Shown in pieces: positions 43,349 through 54,690 of a DNA stretch of 64,000 bases. Origin of the DNA: Anaerolineae bacterium (GTDB lineage Bacteria; Chloroflexota; Anaerolineae; VGOG01); NCBI GenBank assembly GCA_034431315.1, contig DAOUDK010000034.1:28053-92052 (forward strand), written 5' to 3'. Numbering within the stretch: position 1 is the first letter of the stretch; each line of letters begins with the position of its first letter. The notes below the pieces were generated by a model that worked only from the letters and a program-made list of their open reading frames with translations, did no database searches and was not told the DNA's origin. Position numbers and translations under genes: made by a program.

Positions 43349-44059
43349 TTGCCCGAAAACGTATACATCGCTATCGAAGGGGCTATTGGGGTGGGCAAGA
43401 CGACCCTGGCCCGCCTGATAAGAGATGAGTTCGACGCCGAGCTGCTCCTGGAGGTCTTCGAGGAAAACCCCTTTTTGAGCGATTTCTACACTGACCGAGA
43501 TAGGTACGCCTTCCAGACCCAGATCTTCTTCTTGCTGAGCCGCTATCGGCATCAGCAGCAAGTCGTCCCGGCGACTCTGCAGCGCGGCCCTCTCATTAGC
43601 GACTACACCTTCGCCAAGGACCGGCTCTTCGCCCACCTGAATTTGAGAGACGACGAACTGGAGATGTACGAGCGGGTTCACGCCATCCTGGCGGAGAAGA
43701 TCACCCTTCCCGACCTGATCGTCTATCTCAAAGCCGACACTGACACGTTGATGAATCGTATCACCTTCCGCGACCGCACCTACGAGCGGGAGATGGACAG
43801 GGACTACATGGAGGCGCTACGCATCACGTACGAGCGGTTCTTCGCCGATTACGACCGGGTCCCTGTCCTGCCCATAGACACCAACGAGATAAATATTGTT
43901 CACAATCCCCAGGATTTGGCCCAGGTGGTGGGCCGTATCAAGTCGGCTCTGGAAAAAGGCATTTACCAGCGGCCTCTCCCGCGAATGGACGATGGAAAAC
44001 GGAAGATGGAGGACTGCCTGACCAACCGACCACCTGACCAAAGGAGGATGCAGGGATGA
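43349..44059 (+). CDS. deoxynucleoside kinase (dAK/dGK family)
   Basis: IAIEGAIGVGKTT P-loop, ENPFLSDFY, DRY-like motif typical of dNK family; TTG start with GAGGAGG RBS. Confidence 0.75.
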   Translation: MPENVYIAIEGAIGVGKTTLARLIRDEFDAELLLEVFEENPFLSDFYTDRDRYAFQTQIFFLLSRYRHQQQVVPATLQRGPLISDYTFAKDRLFAHLNLRDDELEMYERVHAILAEKITLPDLIVYLKADTDTLMNRITFRDRTYEREMDRDYMEALRITYERFFADYDRVPVLPIDTNEINIVHNPQDLAQVVGRIKSALEKGIYQRPLPRMDDGKRKMEDCLTNRPPDQRRMQG

Positions 44060-44691
44060 AAAGATTCATCGCTATTGCTGGCAACATGGGCGTGGGCAAG
44101 TCTGCCCTGACCAAGCTCTTGAGCGAGAAGTTGGGTTGGGAGCCCTTCTATGAGGCCGTGGACGATAATCCATATTTGGCCGACTTTTACAAGGACATGC
44201 AAAAGTGGGCCTTCCACTCCCAGGTCTTCTTCCTCTCCCGGCGTTTGCGCCACCACCACCAGGTGCTCAACCGCCCCAACTCTGTGATCCAGGATCGAAC
44301 GGTGTACGAGGACGCCGAGATCTTCGCCGAGAACCTCTACCGCCAGGGGCACATGGGGGAGCGGGATTATCGTAGCTATCGCGAGCTGTACGAAGTTTTG
44401 ACCATGTTCCTGCCTCCTCCTGACCTGGTCGTTTACCTGCGGGCTTCGGTGCCCACGCTGAAACACCGCATCGCCAGTCGAGGGCGCGATTTCGAGCAAG
44501 ACATCCCTACCGAGTACCTGGAGCAGCTTAACAAACTATACGAGGAGTGGGCCCACAGTTTTACTCTCTGCCCAGTGCTTACCGTACCCTCTGACAGCCT
44601 GGACTTCGTCAGATACAACTCCCACATGGAGCTGATCACGGCCAAAATCATGGAGAAGCTGCACGGGAAGGAGACCGTCGTTTTCGCTTGA
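44056..44691 (+). CDS. deoxynucleoside kinase (second paralog, dCK/dGK family)
   Basis: IAIAGNMGVGKSALT, DNPYLADFY; ATGA overlap with previous gene as in tandem dck/dgk pairs. Confidence 0.75.
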   Translation: MKRFIAIAGNMGVGKSALTKLLSEKLGWEPFYEAVDDNPYLADFYKDMQKWAFHSQVFFLSRRLRHHHQVLNRPNSVIQDRTVYEDAEIFAENLYRQGHMGERDYRSYRELYEVLTMFLPPPDLVVYLRASVPTLKHRIASRGRDFEQDIPTEYLEQLNKLYEEWAHSFTLCPVLTVPSDSLDFVRYNSHMELITAKIMEKLHGKETVVFA

Positions 44692-44720
44692 GAACAAAAC
44701 AAATTCTAGGAGGTAAAGAG

Positions 44721-45767
44721 GTGAGCATCAAATGGGACGCCAACAAGAATGTGGCAGGAAACATGTTCGAGGCCATCGGCCGCACGCCGCTGGTGAGGCT
44801 CAATAGTGTGACCAAAGGAGTGCAGCCGCAGATTTTGGGCAAGATAGACTATTTCACCCCCACCGGCAGCTTGAAGGACCGCATCTACTACCGCATGATC
44901 ACCGAGGCTCTCAAGCGCGGCGACCTGAGGCCGGAGATGACCATCATCGAAAGCTCCACCGGCAACGCCGGTATCGCTTGTGCCTTCGTGGGTGGGATGC
45001 TGGGCTATCCGGTCGTCGTCGTCATGCCCGCTGGGATGAGCGAGGAGCGCAAAATGATCATGCGCGCCTACGGGGCCCAGATCATCGAGACGCCAGGGGG
45101 GGAGAGCGACGTTGATCTCTGCCTGGAGAAAGTCGCGGAGATCAAAGCTGCCGAGCCGGGGAAGTACTGGGAAGCTAACCAATTTGCCAATCCGGATAAC
45201 ATCGCGGCCCATTTCGCCACCACTGGCCCCGAGATCTGGGAGCAGACCGGCGGCGAGGTGGACATCTTCCTCGCCACCCAGGGCACCGGCGGAACGCTGA
45301 CCGGCATCGGCCGCTATCTCAGGAAGATGAAGCCTGAGGTCAAGCTCTTCGCTGTGGAGCCAACCGAGGCCCCTATGCTCGCCAGGGGGGAGTGGGGCTC
45401 CCACGGGATCGAGGGCATCGGCGACGGTTTCGTGCCCCGCAATCTGGACCTCTCCATCCTCGACGGCATCGTTCTCACCACCTCAAATGAGGCCATTGAG
45501 ATGGGCAAAAGGCTGGCCCTGGAGGAAGGCATCTTTTGCGGCATCTCCTCCGGCAGCAACGTAGCAGCGGCTCTCAAGGTGGCCCAGCGCTATCCTGAGG
45601 CGGGGGTCATCGTCACCATGATCAACGACACCGGCCAGCGCTACTTCTCCACCGAACTCTGCGGGGTGGCGAAAGAGATCGAGATCCCAGAGCGCGAGCA
45701 CCCCATGGACGAATATACCAGGGAGCAGTTGGACAAGTACCAGGCGGGGTGGGTCATCATCGAGTAG
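44721..45767 (+). CDS. cysteine synthase / cystathionine beta-synthase-family PLP enzyme
   Basis: PTGSLKDRI (lysine-PLP), ESSTGNAGIACA, GTGGT loop; GTG start after AGGAGG. Confidence 0.8.
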   Translation: MSIKWDANKNVAGNMFEAIGRTPLVRLNSVTKGVQPQILGKIDYFTPTGSLKDRIYYRMITEALKRGDLRPEMTIIESSTGNAGIACAFVGGMLGYPVVVVMPAGMSEERKMIMRAYGAQIIETPGGESDVDLCLEKVAEIKAAEPGKYWEANQFANPDNIAAHFATTGPEIWEQTGGEVDIFLATQGTGGTLTGIGRYLRKMKPEVKLFAVEPTEAPMLARGEWGSHGIEGIGDGFVPRNLDLSILDGIVLTTSNEAIEMGKRLALEEGIFCGISSGSNVAAALKVAQRYPEAGVIVTMINDTGQRYFSTELCGVAKEIEIPEREHPMDEYTREQLDKYQAGWVIIE

Positions 45768-45908
45768 ATAGCCGCCAGCTTGAGCTCCCTGAGGTGCAGC
45801 GGCCGGAGAATCAGGGTCATTCAGTTCTCAGCCAGGAGGTGGGCAATCGCTGAAGGGATGATCCCGCGTTGTTATTATCTGTTGAAAGAGACTTGGAGGT
45901 ATGTCTAG

Positions 45909-47138
45909 ATGAGAGCAGTCCAACTTGTGGTCAGTGTCCCGCGCTATGTTTTCACCCTGATAGCCGGCCGACTCTACCAGCCCGCCTTCTACGGCCCGCT
46001 ATCGTTGGTGCAGTATCGTGAGGTGCCAGAGCCCCAGTTGCCGGGCCCCGACTGGGCCAAGGTCAAGGTCCGCTACGGGGGCATCTGCGCCAGCGATGTG
46101 GGCGGCATGGTCTGCCTGAAAGATAGCCCCTCGCTTTCACCCTTCGCCTCAGAGCGATTCACCATCGGTCACGAGAACGTGGGCACCCTGGTCGAAGTAG
46201 GAGAACAGGTGGAGGGCTTCGCCATGGGCGATCGGGTGGTGGCCGATCCATTGTTGACGTGTGCCGCACGCGGGATTGACCTTCCCTGTAGAGCGTGCCA
46301 GGAGGGGCAGTTCCCCCGCTGCGAAAATATCACCGAGGGCAATCTCTCACGGGGGGTGCAGATTGGAGCCTGCGCCGACACGGGGGGAAGCTGGAGCCCC
46401 TACTTTGTAGCCCACCGCTCCCAGTTGTTCCACGTCCCTGAGGATGTCAGCGACGAGAACGCCATCTTGGTGGATGCCTTCTGTTCAACCCTGCATCCCG
46501 TCATCCGCAACTTGCCCCGCGATGAGGACACGGCGCTGATCATCGGGGCCGGCGCCATCAGCATCTGCACACTGGCCGCCCTACGAGCCCTGGACAGTCA
46601 TGCCCGGATCATTGTGCTGGCCAAGTATCCTTTCCAGGGAGAACTGGCTCGGCGGTACGGCGCTGACGAAGTGGTCTACTGGGACAAAGGGGGGAAATAC
46701 TACACCGCGATTGCCGAGTTGGTAGGCGGGAAGTTGTTCCAGCCAATGCTGGGCAAACCGGTGATGATCGGGGGCGCCGACGTGACTTATGACTGCGTGG
46801 GCTCCGAGGTCAGTGTCCGTGACGCTCTGTGGTTTACCCGGGCAGGCGGCACGATCGTTCAGATAGGCTTGTTGGGGCCAACTGGGAAAATGGACTGGAC
46901 GCCCCTGTGGTTTAAGGAGCTTACGATGGCGGGCACCGTTTGTTCCAGCACCGAAGAGTACCAGGGCCAACGGATCCGCTGCTACCAACTGGCTCTGGAT
47001 TTCATCGCTCAGGGCAAGGTGGATCTGGCTCCTCTATTGACCCATACCTTTCGGCTGGAAGACTACCGTCAGGCCCTGGCTATGAACATGAACAAGAGTC
47101 GCCATCGGCTGGTGCATTCGGCTTTTACCTTCGACTAA
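45909..47138 (+). CDS. tdh: zinc-dependent medium-chain dehydrogenase, likely L-threonine 3-dehydrogenase
   Basis: GICASDVG, GHENVGTLVEVG zinc-ADH signatures, GAGAIS Rossmann; convergent partner is a Kbl-like gene. Confidence 0.6.
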   Translation: MRAVQLVVSVPRYVFTLIAGRLYQPAFYGPLSLVQYREVPEPQLPGPDWAKVKVRYGGICASDVGGMVCLKDSPSLSPFASERFTIGHENVGTLVEVGEQVEGFAMGDRVVADPLLTCAARGIDLPCRACQEGQFPRCENITEGNLSRGVQIGACADTGGSWSPYFVAHRSQLFHVPEDVSDENAILVDAFCSTLHPVIRNLPRDEDTALIIGAGAISICTLAALRALDSHARIIVLAKYPFQGELARRYGADEVVYWDKGGKYYTAIAELVGGKLFQPMLGKPVMIGGADVTYDCVGSEVSVRDALWFTRAGGTIVQIGLLGPTGKMDWTPLWFKELTMAGTVCSSTEEYQGQRIRCYQLALDFIAQGKVDLAPLLTHTFRLEDYRQALAMNMNKSRHRLVHSAFTFD

Positions 47139-47212
47139 TTAAGAGGGGACATCGGAGATCAAAAAGCGGGGAGACTCAGCCTGAGCCCCACTCTCTGCGC
47201 ACCCATCACTGT

Positions 47213-48433
47213 TCAGGAGATGATTCCCTGCTCCTTGCCCACCTTCTCAAAGATCTCCAGCAGCCGATCCAGTTGCTCATCAGTGTGGGTGGCCATGTAG
47301 CTGGTGCGCAGTAGGGATTTGCCCTCTGGTACAGCAGGCGGGAGGGCGACGTTAGTGTAGATGCCGGCCTCAAAAAGCGCCTTCCAGATCATCATGGTCA
47401 TCATCTGATCGCCGATGATGACCGGGATGATGGGTGTCTGGCTGTTGCCGATATCCAATCCCAGTTTCTGATAGCGCTGGCGCATCTTCTCGCCGATGGC
47501 GTTCACGCGCTCGATCCGCTCTGGCTCACTTTTCATGACTTCCAGAGCGGCCAGAGCAGCGGCCACGTTAGGCGCGGGCAGGCTGGCGCTGAAGATGAGG
47601 GAGCGGCCGAAGTGCTGGATCCAGTGGATGGTGGGCTCGTCGCCGGCAATGAAACCCCCGATGGAGGCGAAGGACTTGCTGAAGGTGCCCATGATGAGAT
47701 CAACGTCATCGGTCAGGCCGAAGTGAGCCGCGGTCCCCCGTCCGCCGCCCAGGACGCCCATGGCGTGAGCATCGTCCACCATCAGACGGGCCCCATATTC
47801 TTGGCAAAGGGGGACGATCTCCGGCAGAGGGGCGATGTCTCCTCCCATGCTGAACACACCGTCCACGATCACCAATCTGCCAGCCTTTTCAGGACAGCTT
47901 TTCAAGACCCGTTCCAGGCTGGCCATGTCGTTGTGACGGAAGCGCTTCATTCGACCAAGGGCCAGGCGACAACCATCTATGATACTGGCGTGGTCTTCCC
48001 GGTCGGTGATGACCACGTCGCCCTTGCCAATCAGGGCCGAGATGGTGCCCAGATTGGTCTGGTAGCCAGTGCTGAACACCAGGGCCTTCTCCTTGCCCAC
48101 GTACTCGGCCAGTTTGTTCTCCAGTTCGCCGTGCATGGCCAGGGTGCCGTTGAGGAAGCGCGAGCCTGTACAACTGGTGCCGAACTCGCGAACAGCATCA
48201 ATAGCTGCCTGGCGAACCCTGGGGTGAGTGGTCAGCCCCAGGTAGTTGTTGGAACCGATCATGATCATCCGCCGGCCCTGGATGGTCACCTCCGTTCCCT
48301 CGGTCTGATCCAGGGGGATGAAGAAAGGATACAATCCCAGGGCCTGAGCCGTGCGGGGATTAGTAGCGTACCCCATAGCCTGAGCTACCTCTGGGTCAGA
48401 GAAAAAACCCTTACATTTTTCGAATAGGTCCAT
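47213..48433 (-). CDS. kbl: 2-amino-3-ketobutyrate CoA ligase / alpha-oxoamine synthase family
   Basis: [29 protein letters not shown] (PLP-lysine) motifs; AGGAGG RBS before ATG. Confidence 0.7.
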   Translation of the reverse strand: MDLFEKCKGFFSDPEVAQAMGYATNPRTAQALGLYPFFIPLDQTEGTEVTIQGRRMIMIGSNNYLGLTTHPRVRQAAIDAVREFGTSCTGSRFLNGTLAMHGELENKLAEYVGKEKALVFSTGYQTNLGTISALIGKGDVVITDREDHASIIDGCRLALGRMKRFRHNDMASLERVLKSCPEKAGRLVIVDGVFSMGGDIAPLPEIVPLCQEYGARLMVDDAHAMGVLGGGRGTAAHFGLTDDVDLIMGTFSKSFASIGGFIAGDEPTIHWIQHFGRSLIFSASLPAPNVAAALAALEVMKSEPERIERVNAIGEKMRQRYQKLGLDIGNSQTPIIPVIIGDQMMTMMIWKALFEAGIYTNVALPPAVPEGKSLLRTSYMATHTDEQLDRLLEIFEKVGKEQGIIS

Positions 48434-48612
48434 CTCACTACCTCCTGTTGAAGATGAAGTACCAGTTGGTCCTGGCCTTAGCAATGATTATACCACTTTT
48501 CCGATTTTTGAACAATGTTTCTCGCTTCTGTCACCAGAGCCAATTGATAGCCCAAGTGTTAGCCGTCTTTGCCGAGAATTGTGCAACGAGATTGCCTCGA
48601 AAGGAGATCACA

Positions 48613-50919
48613 ATGAGAACAAACAAAGCGATCATTGGACTAGTACTGATAGCGATATTCCTATCTTTGCTATCAACCAGTGTTGCGGCTGCACCGCTTG
48701 GGGCCAGGGATGGAAGTGCGAGCGCGGGATGCAACCCCGCTGCGTCAGCAAGCATTTCCGCAGCAACGTGGGGGACGTGGGTGAGCACTATCAGGCGAAT
48801 GGCCACAGGTACGGCCACCACGACGCCGACGAGCACGCCTACGGGTACGCCTACGGCCACGCCTACGGAAACACCGACCAGCACCTTCACGCCGACATCA
48901 ACCATCACCCCCACGGCCACATCTACGCAGACGCCAACCAGCACCTTCACGCCGACATCAACCGCCACGCCCACGGCCACACCTACGGAAAAACCGACCA
49001 GTACTTTCACGCCGACATCAACCATCACCCCCACGGCCACCGCGACGCCAACTCACACCTCTACACCAACGTCAACTGCAACCCCCACACTCACCGCCAC
49101 TCCCAGTCCAACAAATACGCCCACCCCAACCAGCACTCCGACGCCAACTCCTTGCGATGATCTGATTCGCAACGGCGGCTTTGAAACGCCAGGGGACTGG
49201 ACCAACTGGATCCCTGGGAACACCTCACGCCCGGCGGCCTACTCCACTGCTGAGTTTCGTTCGGGTTCCTGGGCCATGCGCCTGGGGATCACCGACCAGA
49301 GCGACGCCAACAGCTATTCCTCCATCTATCAAGAGGTGACTATTCCTGAGGACGCAGCGAGCGCGGTCCTGTCGTTTTGGTACTATCCCCTTTGCCAAGA
49401 TGACGTCGAGTACGATTGGCAAGGGGCGATCATCTATGACCCCACTTTGATTGATATATTAGACTGGGCGATGCCGAAAATCTGCTCTGACAGCCAGGCC
49501 TGGACGCACCATACTTTCGACCTGACGGCCTACACGGGGCAGACGATCATAGTTTACTTCAATGTCTACAACGACGGAGGGGGCAATCTCAAGACAGCTA
49601 TGTACCTGGATGATGTGTCGGTGCAGGTATGGTGCTCGACAATCACCCCAACTCCTACGTCCACACCTACTGCCACCACGACGCTGACGGGTACGCCCAC
49701 AGAAACGCCGACCAGCACGCCCACCCCGACTGGCACATCACCTTCTACCCCGACCTGGACACCTACGCCAACCGAAACTCCCGTGACTTACTCCCTATAT
49801 TTGCCGCTGATCTGGAAACACTATTACCCGCCGGAAGCTCGGGCTCTCTGGGTGAGCCGCTACGATTACGCAGATCTCGAGGACGTTCAAGAAATTGTAG
49901 AGCAGGCTGCCTACGCCAACTTCAACATCATATTCTTCCAGGCGCGCGCCCAGGCCGATGCCTATTACCATTCCAACTACGAGCCCTGGGCGAAGAGGCT
50001 AACGGGCACCTTAGGTCAAGATCCTGGCTGGGACCCTTTGGCCACCGCAGTAAAGCTGGCCCACGCCGCCGGCCTGGAGCTACACGCCTGGGTCAACGTC
50101 TATCCCGCCTGGCTGGGCGAGACTCCTCCGCCCTCCACAATCCCTGAGCACATGTACAACCTCTTCAACGAGCTCTACGGTGACAACTGGGTGCAGTGGA
50201 ACGATCAGGGCCAGCCCATGCGACTGACCAGCGACTACCTCTGGGCCAGCCCTGGCCATGAAGCTGTGTCCGAACGCATCGTGCACGTCTGTGAGGATAT
50301 CGTGGCCAATTACGATGTGGACGGCCTGCATCTGGATAACATTCGTTACGCTGGCCCTGCATTCTCCCACGATCCCATCAGCGAAGCCCGCTTCGCCGAG
50401 GCTCAGATTCTCGATCCGGATCTCACTTGGGAAGACTGGCAACGAGCACAGGTGACGGACTTAGTGAGCCAAATCTACGAGCAAGTTGTTCTCCCCAATC
50501 AGGATGTGACACTGACCGCGGCGGTGTGGCCCATCTACCGGGATTACTGGGACTGGATTATCAACGACGGTTACGATGGCTATTATCAGGATTCCCAGGG
50601 CTGGATGGGGGGAGAGTTGATTGATGGCATCGCTCCCATGCTCTACACCATCACTACCAAGGATTACCCGGACCGCTTCGACGTCCTGGTTCGCGACTTC
50701 ATGTCCAATGCCAATGGGCGCTACGTTTGGCCGGGGATCATCGCCGATTATGCTTCTTTCGATGAAATCTGGTTGAGAATCGAGATTGCTCGTCAGGCTG
50801 GAGCATCAGGGCAAGCCATCTTCCGCTATGCCCTGATCAACGAGCGTGATTACTGGGACGACTTCTTGAGCGGGCCCTACGCCTGGCCTAGCGATGTCCC
50901 ACCCATGCCCTGGAAATGA
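48613..50919 (+). CDS. secreted GHL10 (glycoside-hydrolase-like family 10, YngK-like) protein with Thr/Pro-rich repeat linker
   Basis: Signal peptide [28 protein letters not shown] after AAGGAG RBS; about 60-bp DNA tandem repeats encoding [14 protein letters not shown]; C-terminal domain with [10 protein letters not shown] and [10 protein letters not shown] motifs typical of GHL10. Confidence 0.65.
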   Translation: MRTNKAIIGLVLIAIFLSLLSTSVAAAPLGARDGSASAGCNPAASASISAATWGTWVSTIRRMATGTATTTPTSTPTGTPTATPTETPTSTFTPTSTITPTATSTQTPTSTFTPTSTATPTATPTEKPTSTFTPTSTITPTATATPTHTSTPTSTATPTLTATPSPTNTPTPTSTPTPTPCDDLIRNGGFETPGDWTNWIPGNTSRPAAYSTAEFRSGSWAMRLGITDQSDANSYSSIYQEVTIPEDAASAVLSFWYYPLCQDDVEYDWQGAIIYDPTLIDILDWAMPKICSDSQAWTHHTFDLTAYTGQTIIVYFNVYNDGGGNLKTAMYLDDVSVQVWCSTITPTPTSTPTATTTLTGTPTETPTSTPTPTGTSPSTPTWTPTPTETPVTYSLYLPLIWKHYYPPEARALWVSRYDYADLEDVQEIVEQAAYANFNIIFFQARAQADAYYHSNYEPWAKRLTGTLGQDPGWDPLATAVKLAHAAGLELHAWVNVYPAWLGETPPPSTIPEHMYNLFNELYGDNWVQWNDQGQPMRLTSDYLWASPGHEAVSERIVHVCEDIVANYDVDGLHLDNIRYAGPAFSHDPISEARFAEAQILDPDLTWEDWQRAQVTDLVSQIYEQVVLPNQDVTLTAAVWPIYRDYWDWIINDGYDGYYQDSQGWMGGELIDGIAPMLYTITTKDYPDRFDVLVRDFMSNANGRYVWPGIIADYASFDEIWLRIEIARQAGASGQAIFRYALINERDYWDDFLSGPYAWPSDVPPMPWK

Positions 50920-51023
50920 CGCCAGACGCAAAAGAGCCGCTGATCGCGATCAGCGGCTCTCGCCATTTTCTGCTCGGCCTGGATCGCCAGATCCAGGCCA
51001 AAAGCGGGGAATTGGCAATCCAC

Positions 51024-51758
51024 TCAGAGCAACTTTAGTTCCACTGGGTCCGGCAAAATCTCCCCGGCCACGAGACAATGATGGCCGGTGAAGCCCTGGC
51101 AGACCTGGGGCACGTCCACAGTCAATGTCACGCCGAATTGGGCCAAAGCCCTGGCCAGGTGACAAAGGGGCAATCCCATAACGTTGGCGTAGCAGCCCCC
51201 GATACGCTCCACGGGGCTGAAGTCGTGGTGCTGGATGGCATAGGCCCCAGCCTTGTCCAGGGGATCGCCGCTAGCTGCGTAGCGAGTCATTTCCTCGTCG
51301 GAGTAGGCCCTCATCAAAACGGTACTCTCGGCCAGCTCCGTGATGGCCCGCCCCCCCCAGCCCCCCCAACCTTGGGGGGGAGAGAGGGGGGGCGCTGGCT
51401 GGTAGACCGTCACTCCGCTGAGGACGGTGTGCTCTCGTCCCCGCAATCGCCGCAGCATAGCTACAGCCTCGGCTTCATCGGCGGGCTTGCCCAACACGTC
51501 ACCATCCAGGGCGACGGTGGTATCGGCGGCGACGATCAGACCCCCAGGGTAGGAGGGAGCCACCGCCCTGGCCTTGAGCAGGCTCAGGCGGCAGACCATC
51601 TCCTGGGGGCTCTCTCCCTCTTCGATCTTCTCGTCCACATCGGCCGCCGCGGCTACGAAAGGTACGTTCAAGAGGGAGAAGAGTTCTCGCCGTCGCGGCG
51701 AGGCCGAGGCCAAAATCAATCGTTCTGGGATCAATCTATCTCCTCTGTGCTCGCTCAC
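51024..51758 (-). CDS. maf: Maf-family nucleoside triphosphate pyrophosphatase with low-complexity insertion
   Basis: ILASASPRRRELF signature; GTG start overlapping the upstream OYE stop (GTGA); insertion PPPLSPPQGWGGWGG encoded by a C7/G7 palindrome. Confidence 0.8.
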   Translation of the reverse strand: MSEHRGDRLIPERLILASASPRRRELFSLLNVPFVAAAADVDEKIEEGESPQEMVCRLSLLKARAVAPSYPGGLIVAADTTVALDGDVLGKPADEAEAVAMLRRLRGREHTVLSGVTVYQPAPPLSPPQGWGGWGGRAITELAESTVLMRAYSDEEMTRYAASGDPLDKAGAYAIQHHDFSPVERIGGCYANVMGLPLCHLARALAQFGVTLTVDVPQVCQGFTGHHCLVAGEILPDPVELKLL

Positions 51759-52837
51759 CTATCGGGGGCGCGGCAGGCGATGCCGTATTCTCCCGGCCCA
51801 GGCCAGCAACTGTTGCAGGAGATGCAGGCGGCGGCTTCGGTGCGGCCCTCCCGCCACCGATTGGGCAGGTCAGGTTCCCGAATCAGGGGCCGAGACATGG
51901 AGATGAAGTCAGCGGCACCTTCCTCGAGGATGCTCTCCATGACCTCAAGCGATCTCATCCCCCCTACCAGGATGAGCGGCAGGTCGGTCTCCTCCCGCGC
52001 CCGCCTGGCCTGGAGCAAAAAGTAAGCTTCATCCTCAGGCCTCAGGATGTCCTTTCGGACACTGGTCCCGCCCACCCCACCACTGATCTCCACGGCGTCA
52101 AGGCCCCAATCGGCCAGGTGGCGTACTATCTCGACTCCATCGTCCAGGGTCAGGCCATCCCGTACGAAGTCCTGGATGCCCAGCTTGATGAGCAGCGGGT
52201 AATCGCCCCCCACTTCGTCCCGCGCCGCTGCGGCCACTTCCTCGAGGAATCGCAGCCGCCGGGCGATGCTGCCGCCCCACCGATCGCGGCGCCAATTGCT
52301 GGCTGGCGAGCAAAACTGGTTAATCAGATAGCCATGCGCCCCATGCAGTTGGACGCCATCGAATCCCGCCGCCTTCGCCCGACCGGCGGCCCTGCCGAAG
52401 GCAGCGATCAGCTCTTCGGTTTCCGCCCCCGTCAATTCGTGGGGGCGAGGGCCTCCTTTGACCTGAGACACTGGCGATGGAGCCACCGGCGTCCGACTGG
52501 TCACCTTCTCTGAGGCCTTGCGGCCGGCGTGGTTGATCTGCATGACCACCTTGCCGCCCTCCCGGTGCACAACCTCGCTCAGAGCTCGCAGCGAGGGGAC
52601 GAGGTCATCCCGATGGACGGCCGTCATCGTTGAGTGAGCCTTGCCGCTCTCGTGGACAAAGGCGTGGCCGGTGATGGTCAGCCCCACCCCACCTCGGGCC
52701 AGGTCGGCGTAGAGGTCAATCATAGCTTGCTCAGGCCGGCCATCTTCGTCACACATCCTCTCCGCGGTAGCGGAACGAACGAGCCGGTTCTTCAGCTCCA
52801 GGCCAGCGATATTACCAGCTTCAAACAAGATGGACAT
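51755..52837 (-). CDS. NADH:flavin oxidoreductase (Old Yellow Enzyme family)
   Basis: OYE TIM-barrel motifs (HGAHGYLINQF, GFDGVQLH); ATG with AAAGGAGAAG RBS; the longer listed ORF runs into the antisense of a tRNA gene. Confidence 0.75.
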   Translation of the reverse strand: MSILFEAGNIAGLELKNRLVRSATAERMCDEDGRPEQAMIDLYADLARGGVGLTITGHAFVHESGKAHSTMTAVHRDDLVPSLRALSEVVHREGGKVVMQINHAGRKASEKVTSRTPVAPSPVSQVKGGPRPHELTGAETEELIAAFGRAAGRAKAAGFDGVQLHGAHGYLINQFCSPASNWRRDRWGGSIARRLRFLEEVAAAARDEVGGDYPLLIKLGIQDFVRDGLTLDDGVEIVRHLADWGLDAVEISGGVGGTSVRKDILRPEDEAYFLLQARRAREETDLPLILVGGMRSLEVMESILEEGAADFISMSRPLIREPDLPNRWREGRTEAAACISCNSCWPGPGEYGIACRAPDR

Positions 52838-52911
52838 GCGCTTCTCCTTTGGCTTCGTCGTGAGCTCAGCCGAACGGCAAACAAAGAGCGGGAACTTCTT
52901 CCCGCTCCAGA

Positions 52912-52987
52912 TGGCTCCTCGGGTAGGACTTGAACCTACAACCAACCGGTTAACAGCCGGTTGCTCTGCCAATTGAGCTACCGAGGA
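52912..52987 (-). tRNA. tRNA-Asn (GTT anticodon), CCA encoded
   Basis: Reverse complement folds as cloverleaf: acceptor TCCTCGG/CCGAGGA, D-arm GCTC-AATTGGCA-GAGC, anticodon arm ACCGG-CTGTTAA-CCGGT, T-arm GTAGG-TTCAAGT-CCTAC, discriminator G + CCA. Confidence 0.85.
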
Positions 52988-53018
52988 TCGCTGTTTTATT
53001 ATACACAACCTGGCCCAA

Positions 53019-54668
53019 TTAGTCAAACGCTCCCAGATAATCCTGTAACTGGCGGCGGCGCGTGGGGTGACGGAGTTTTCTCAGGGCTTTGGCCTCGATC
53101 TGACGGACGCGCTCCCTCGTCACCCCAAGGGACTCACCCACCTCCTCCAGGCTGCGACTCTGCCCATCCTCCAGGCCAAAGCGCTTCTCCAGCACCTCGC
53201 GCTCCCGATCTGTCAACTGATTGAGCATCTCCTTTATCTGTTCCTTCAACAAGTGATGAGAGGTGGTATCCACCGGGCCGGGGACGGTCTCGTCCTCGAT
53301 GAAATCGCCCAAGAAGCTATCCTGTTCCGATCCCACGGGCATCTCCAAGGACATGGGCTCCTGAGCCACCCGGAGGATGCGCCTGACCTCGGCTGTCTCC
53401 CGCCGCAACTTCCGCTGGAGAGCCGGGTCAAGACGCTTGTCCGCAGCCCAAGCTGCCTCAATGGCCTGCTTCTCCTGGTTGGATAGCTGGCCCATCTCCA
53501 GAGCGATTTCTTCTGGAGTGGGCTCCCGCTCCAACTCTTGAGTCAGCTTGCGTGAAACCTGTGATACTCGGTTTATGATCTCCACTACGTGCACCGGGAT
53601 GCGGATAGTGCGCGCTTTATCGGCGATGGATCGGTTTATGGCCTGTCGAATCCACCAGGTGGCATAGGTACTGAATTTATATCCTTTGGTGTGATCGAAT
53701 CTGTCTACCGCCTTGAGCAGACCTAAGTTGCCTTCCTGGATGAGATCCAAGATGGATATACCACGCCCCATGTATTTCTTGGCCACACTGACCACTAAAC
53801 GTAAATTAGCCCTGGTCAGTGCTTGTTTAGCCTCCAGGGAACGCTCGCGAACCCACGATATCTCCTCGGCCAGGCTATCCTCATCTTCCAGCCCTTTGGT
53901 GAAAAGCTCAACCGACGGCAATTGCTTGCTTTGCTCATAGTAGGTTCTTAGAAACCGTAAACTCTCATAGGGCATGATGTATAATCCTGTGCAGACGTCA
54001 AATAGCTTGCCCGCAAGCTCATCCCATTTCCCGTTGTCTTCCTGTTCCATCCCATCGAGAAAGGGATGCAAGTAGGGTTCTTGATCCCCAACGGGACCGC
54101 TACGCAGGACTTGGGCCTCCTCAATCAGGGAGAGTATACTCGGCGGTGTTATCGAATGCTCTCTACAATCCTTTTGCACCGCTTTCCAGTCGTTGGTCAG
54201 GGATCTGAACACCTTGGTCATCACCTCCGACCCTGTCGGAGACCTCTTCAGCTTCTTGGCCAACTGCTCCTGGATCTTCCCTAGATACTTCTCAGCCGTC
54301 ATCTTGATGGACAATTGCATCTCTTGATTGGCATTGAGCAAAGGCACTCTGCCGATTTCTCTAAAATACATCCTGACCGGATCGCTAGTCAGCCCAGGGC
54401 CACCCAACGGTAGGACTGCCAGCTCGCTTTCAGTTCTATCTTCTGGCGCCTCCGGTTCTGAATCGCCCGCCTCCTCGGGCAACTCGCCAGCTTCCGCGAT
54501 TTCGATGTCCATATCGAGCAGACGACGATAAAAGTCCTCGAGCTCTTCCACATGTGATTCGGCGTCGGGGAAGACCCTCAAGATATCCTCTAGAGTTAAG
54601 TATCCCTGCTCAGCACCTTGGGCGAGCAGTTTTTTCACATCTGGCCTTTCTTCAAGAGGCTCAGCCAT
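53019..54668 (-). CDS. rpoD: RNA polymerase primary sigma factor
   Basis: Regions 2-4 conserved ([28 protein letters not shown], region 4.2 HTH); classic position downstream of dnaG. Confidence 0.9.
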   Translation of the reverse strand: MAEPLEERPDVKKLLAQGAEQGYLTLEDILRVFPDAESHVEELEDFYRRLLDMDIEIAEAGELPEEAGDSEPEAPEDRTESELAVLPLGGPGLTSDPVRMYFREIGRVPLLNANQEMQLSIKMTAEKYLGKIQEQLAKKLKRSPTGSEVMTKVFRSLTNDWKAVQKDCREHSITPPSILSLIEEAQVLRSGPVGDQEPYLHPFLDGMEQEDNGKWDELAGKLFDVCTGLYIMPYESLRFLRTYYEQSKQLPSVELFTKGLEDEDSLAEEISWVRERSLEAKQALTRANLRLVVSVAKKYMGRGISILDLIQEGNLGLLKAVDRFDHTKGYKFSTYATWWIRQAINRSIADKARTIRIPVHVVEIINRVSQVSRKLTQELEREPTPEEIALEMGQLSNQEKQAIEAAWAADKRLDPALQRKLRRETAEVRRILRVAQEPMSLEMPVGSEQDSFLGDFIEDETVPGPVDTTSHHLLKEQIKEMLNQLTDREREVLEKRFGLEDGQSRSLEEVGESLGVTRERVRQIEAKALRKLRHPTRRRQLQDYLGAFD

Positions 54669-54690
54669 TGTCCTTCTCATCTACACAGGT

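Noticed and set aside
43349-44691. Tandem deoxynucleoside kinases as part of a defence system
   Set aside because: They have intact P-loops, a dck/dgk-like tandem with ATGA overlap as in housekeeping salvage operons of Gram-positive-type genomes, and a GC-rich native context far from the island.
48830-49150. Regularly spaced direct repeats that might be mistaken for a CRISPR array
   Set aside because: The repeats are in-frame within a CDS encoding a Thr/Pro linker, units are contiguous with no unique spacers, and no cas genes are nearby.
52912-52987. tRNA-Asn as an integration site of a mobile element
   Set aside because: No integrase, direct repeat of the tRNA 3' end, or compositional shift was found on either side. 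The neighbours are rpoD and an OYE gene.
51755-53026. Long N-terminal extension of the OYE ORF ([37 protein letters not shown]...)
   Set aside because: The extension is the antisense translation of the tRNA-Asn gene. The real start is the ATG with AAAGGAGAAG RBS at 52837.
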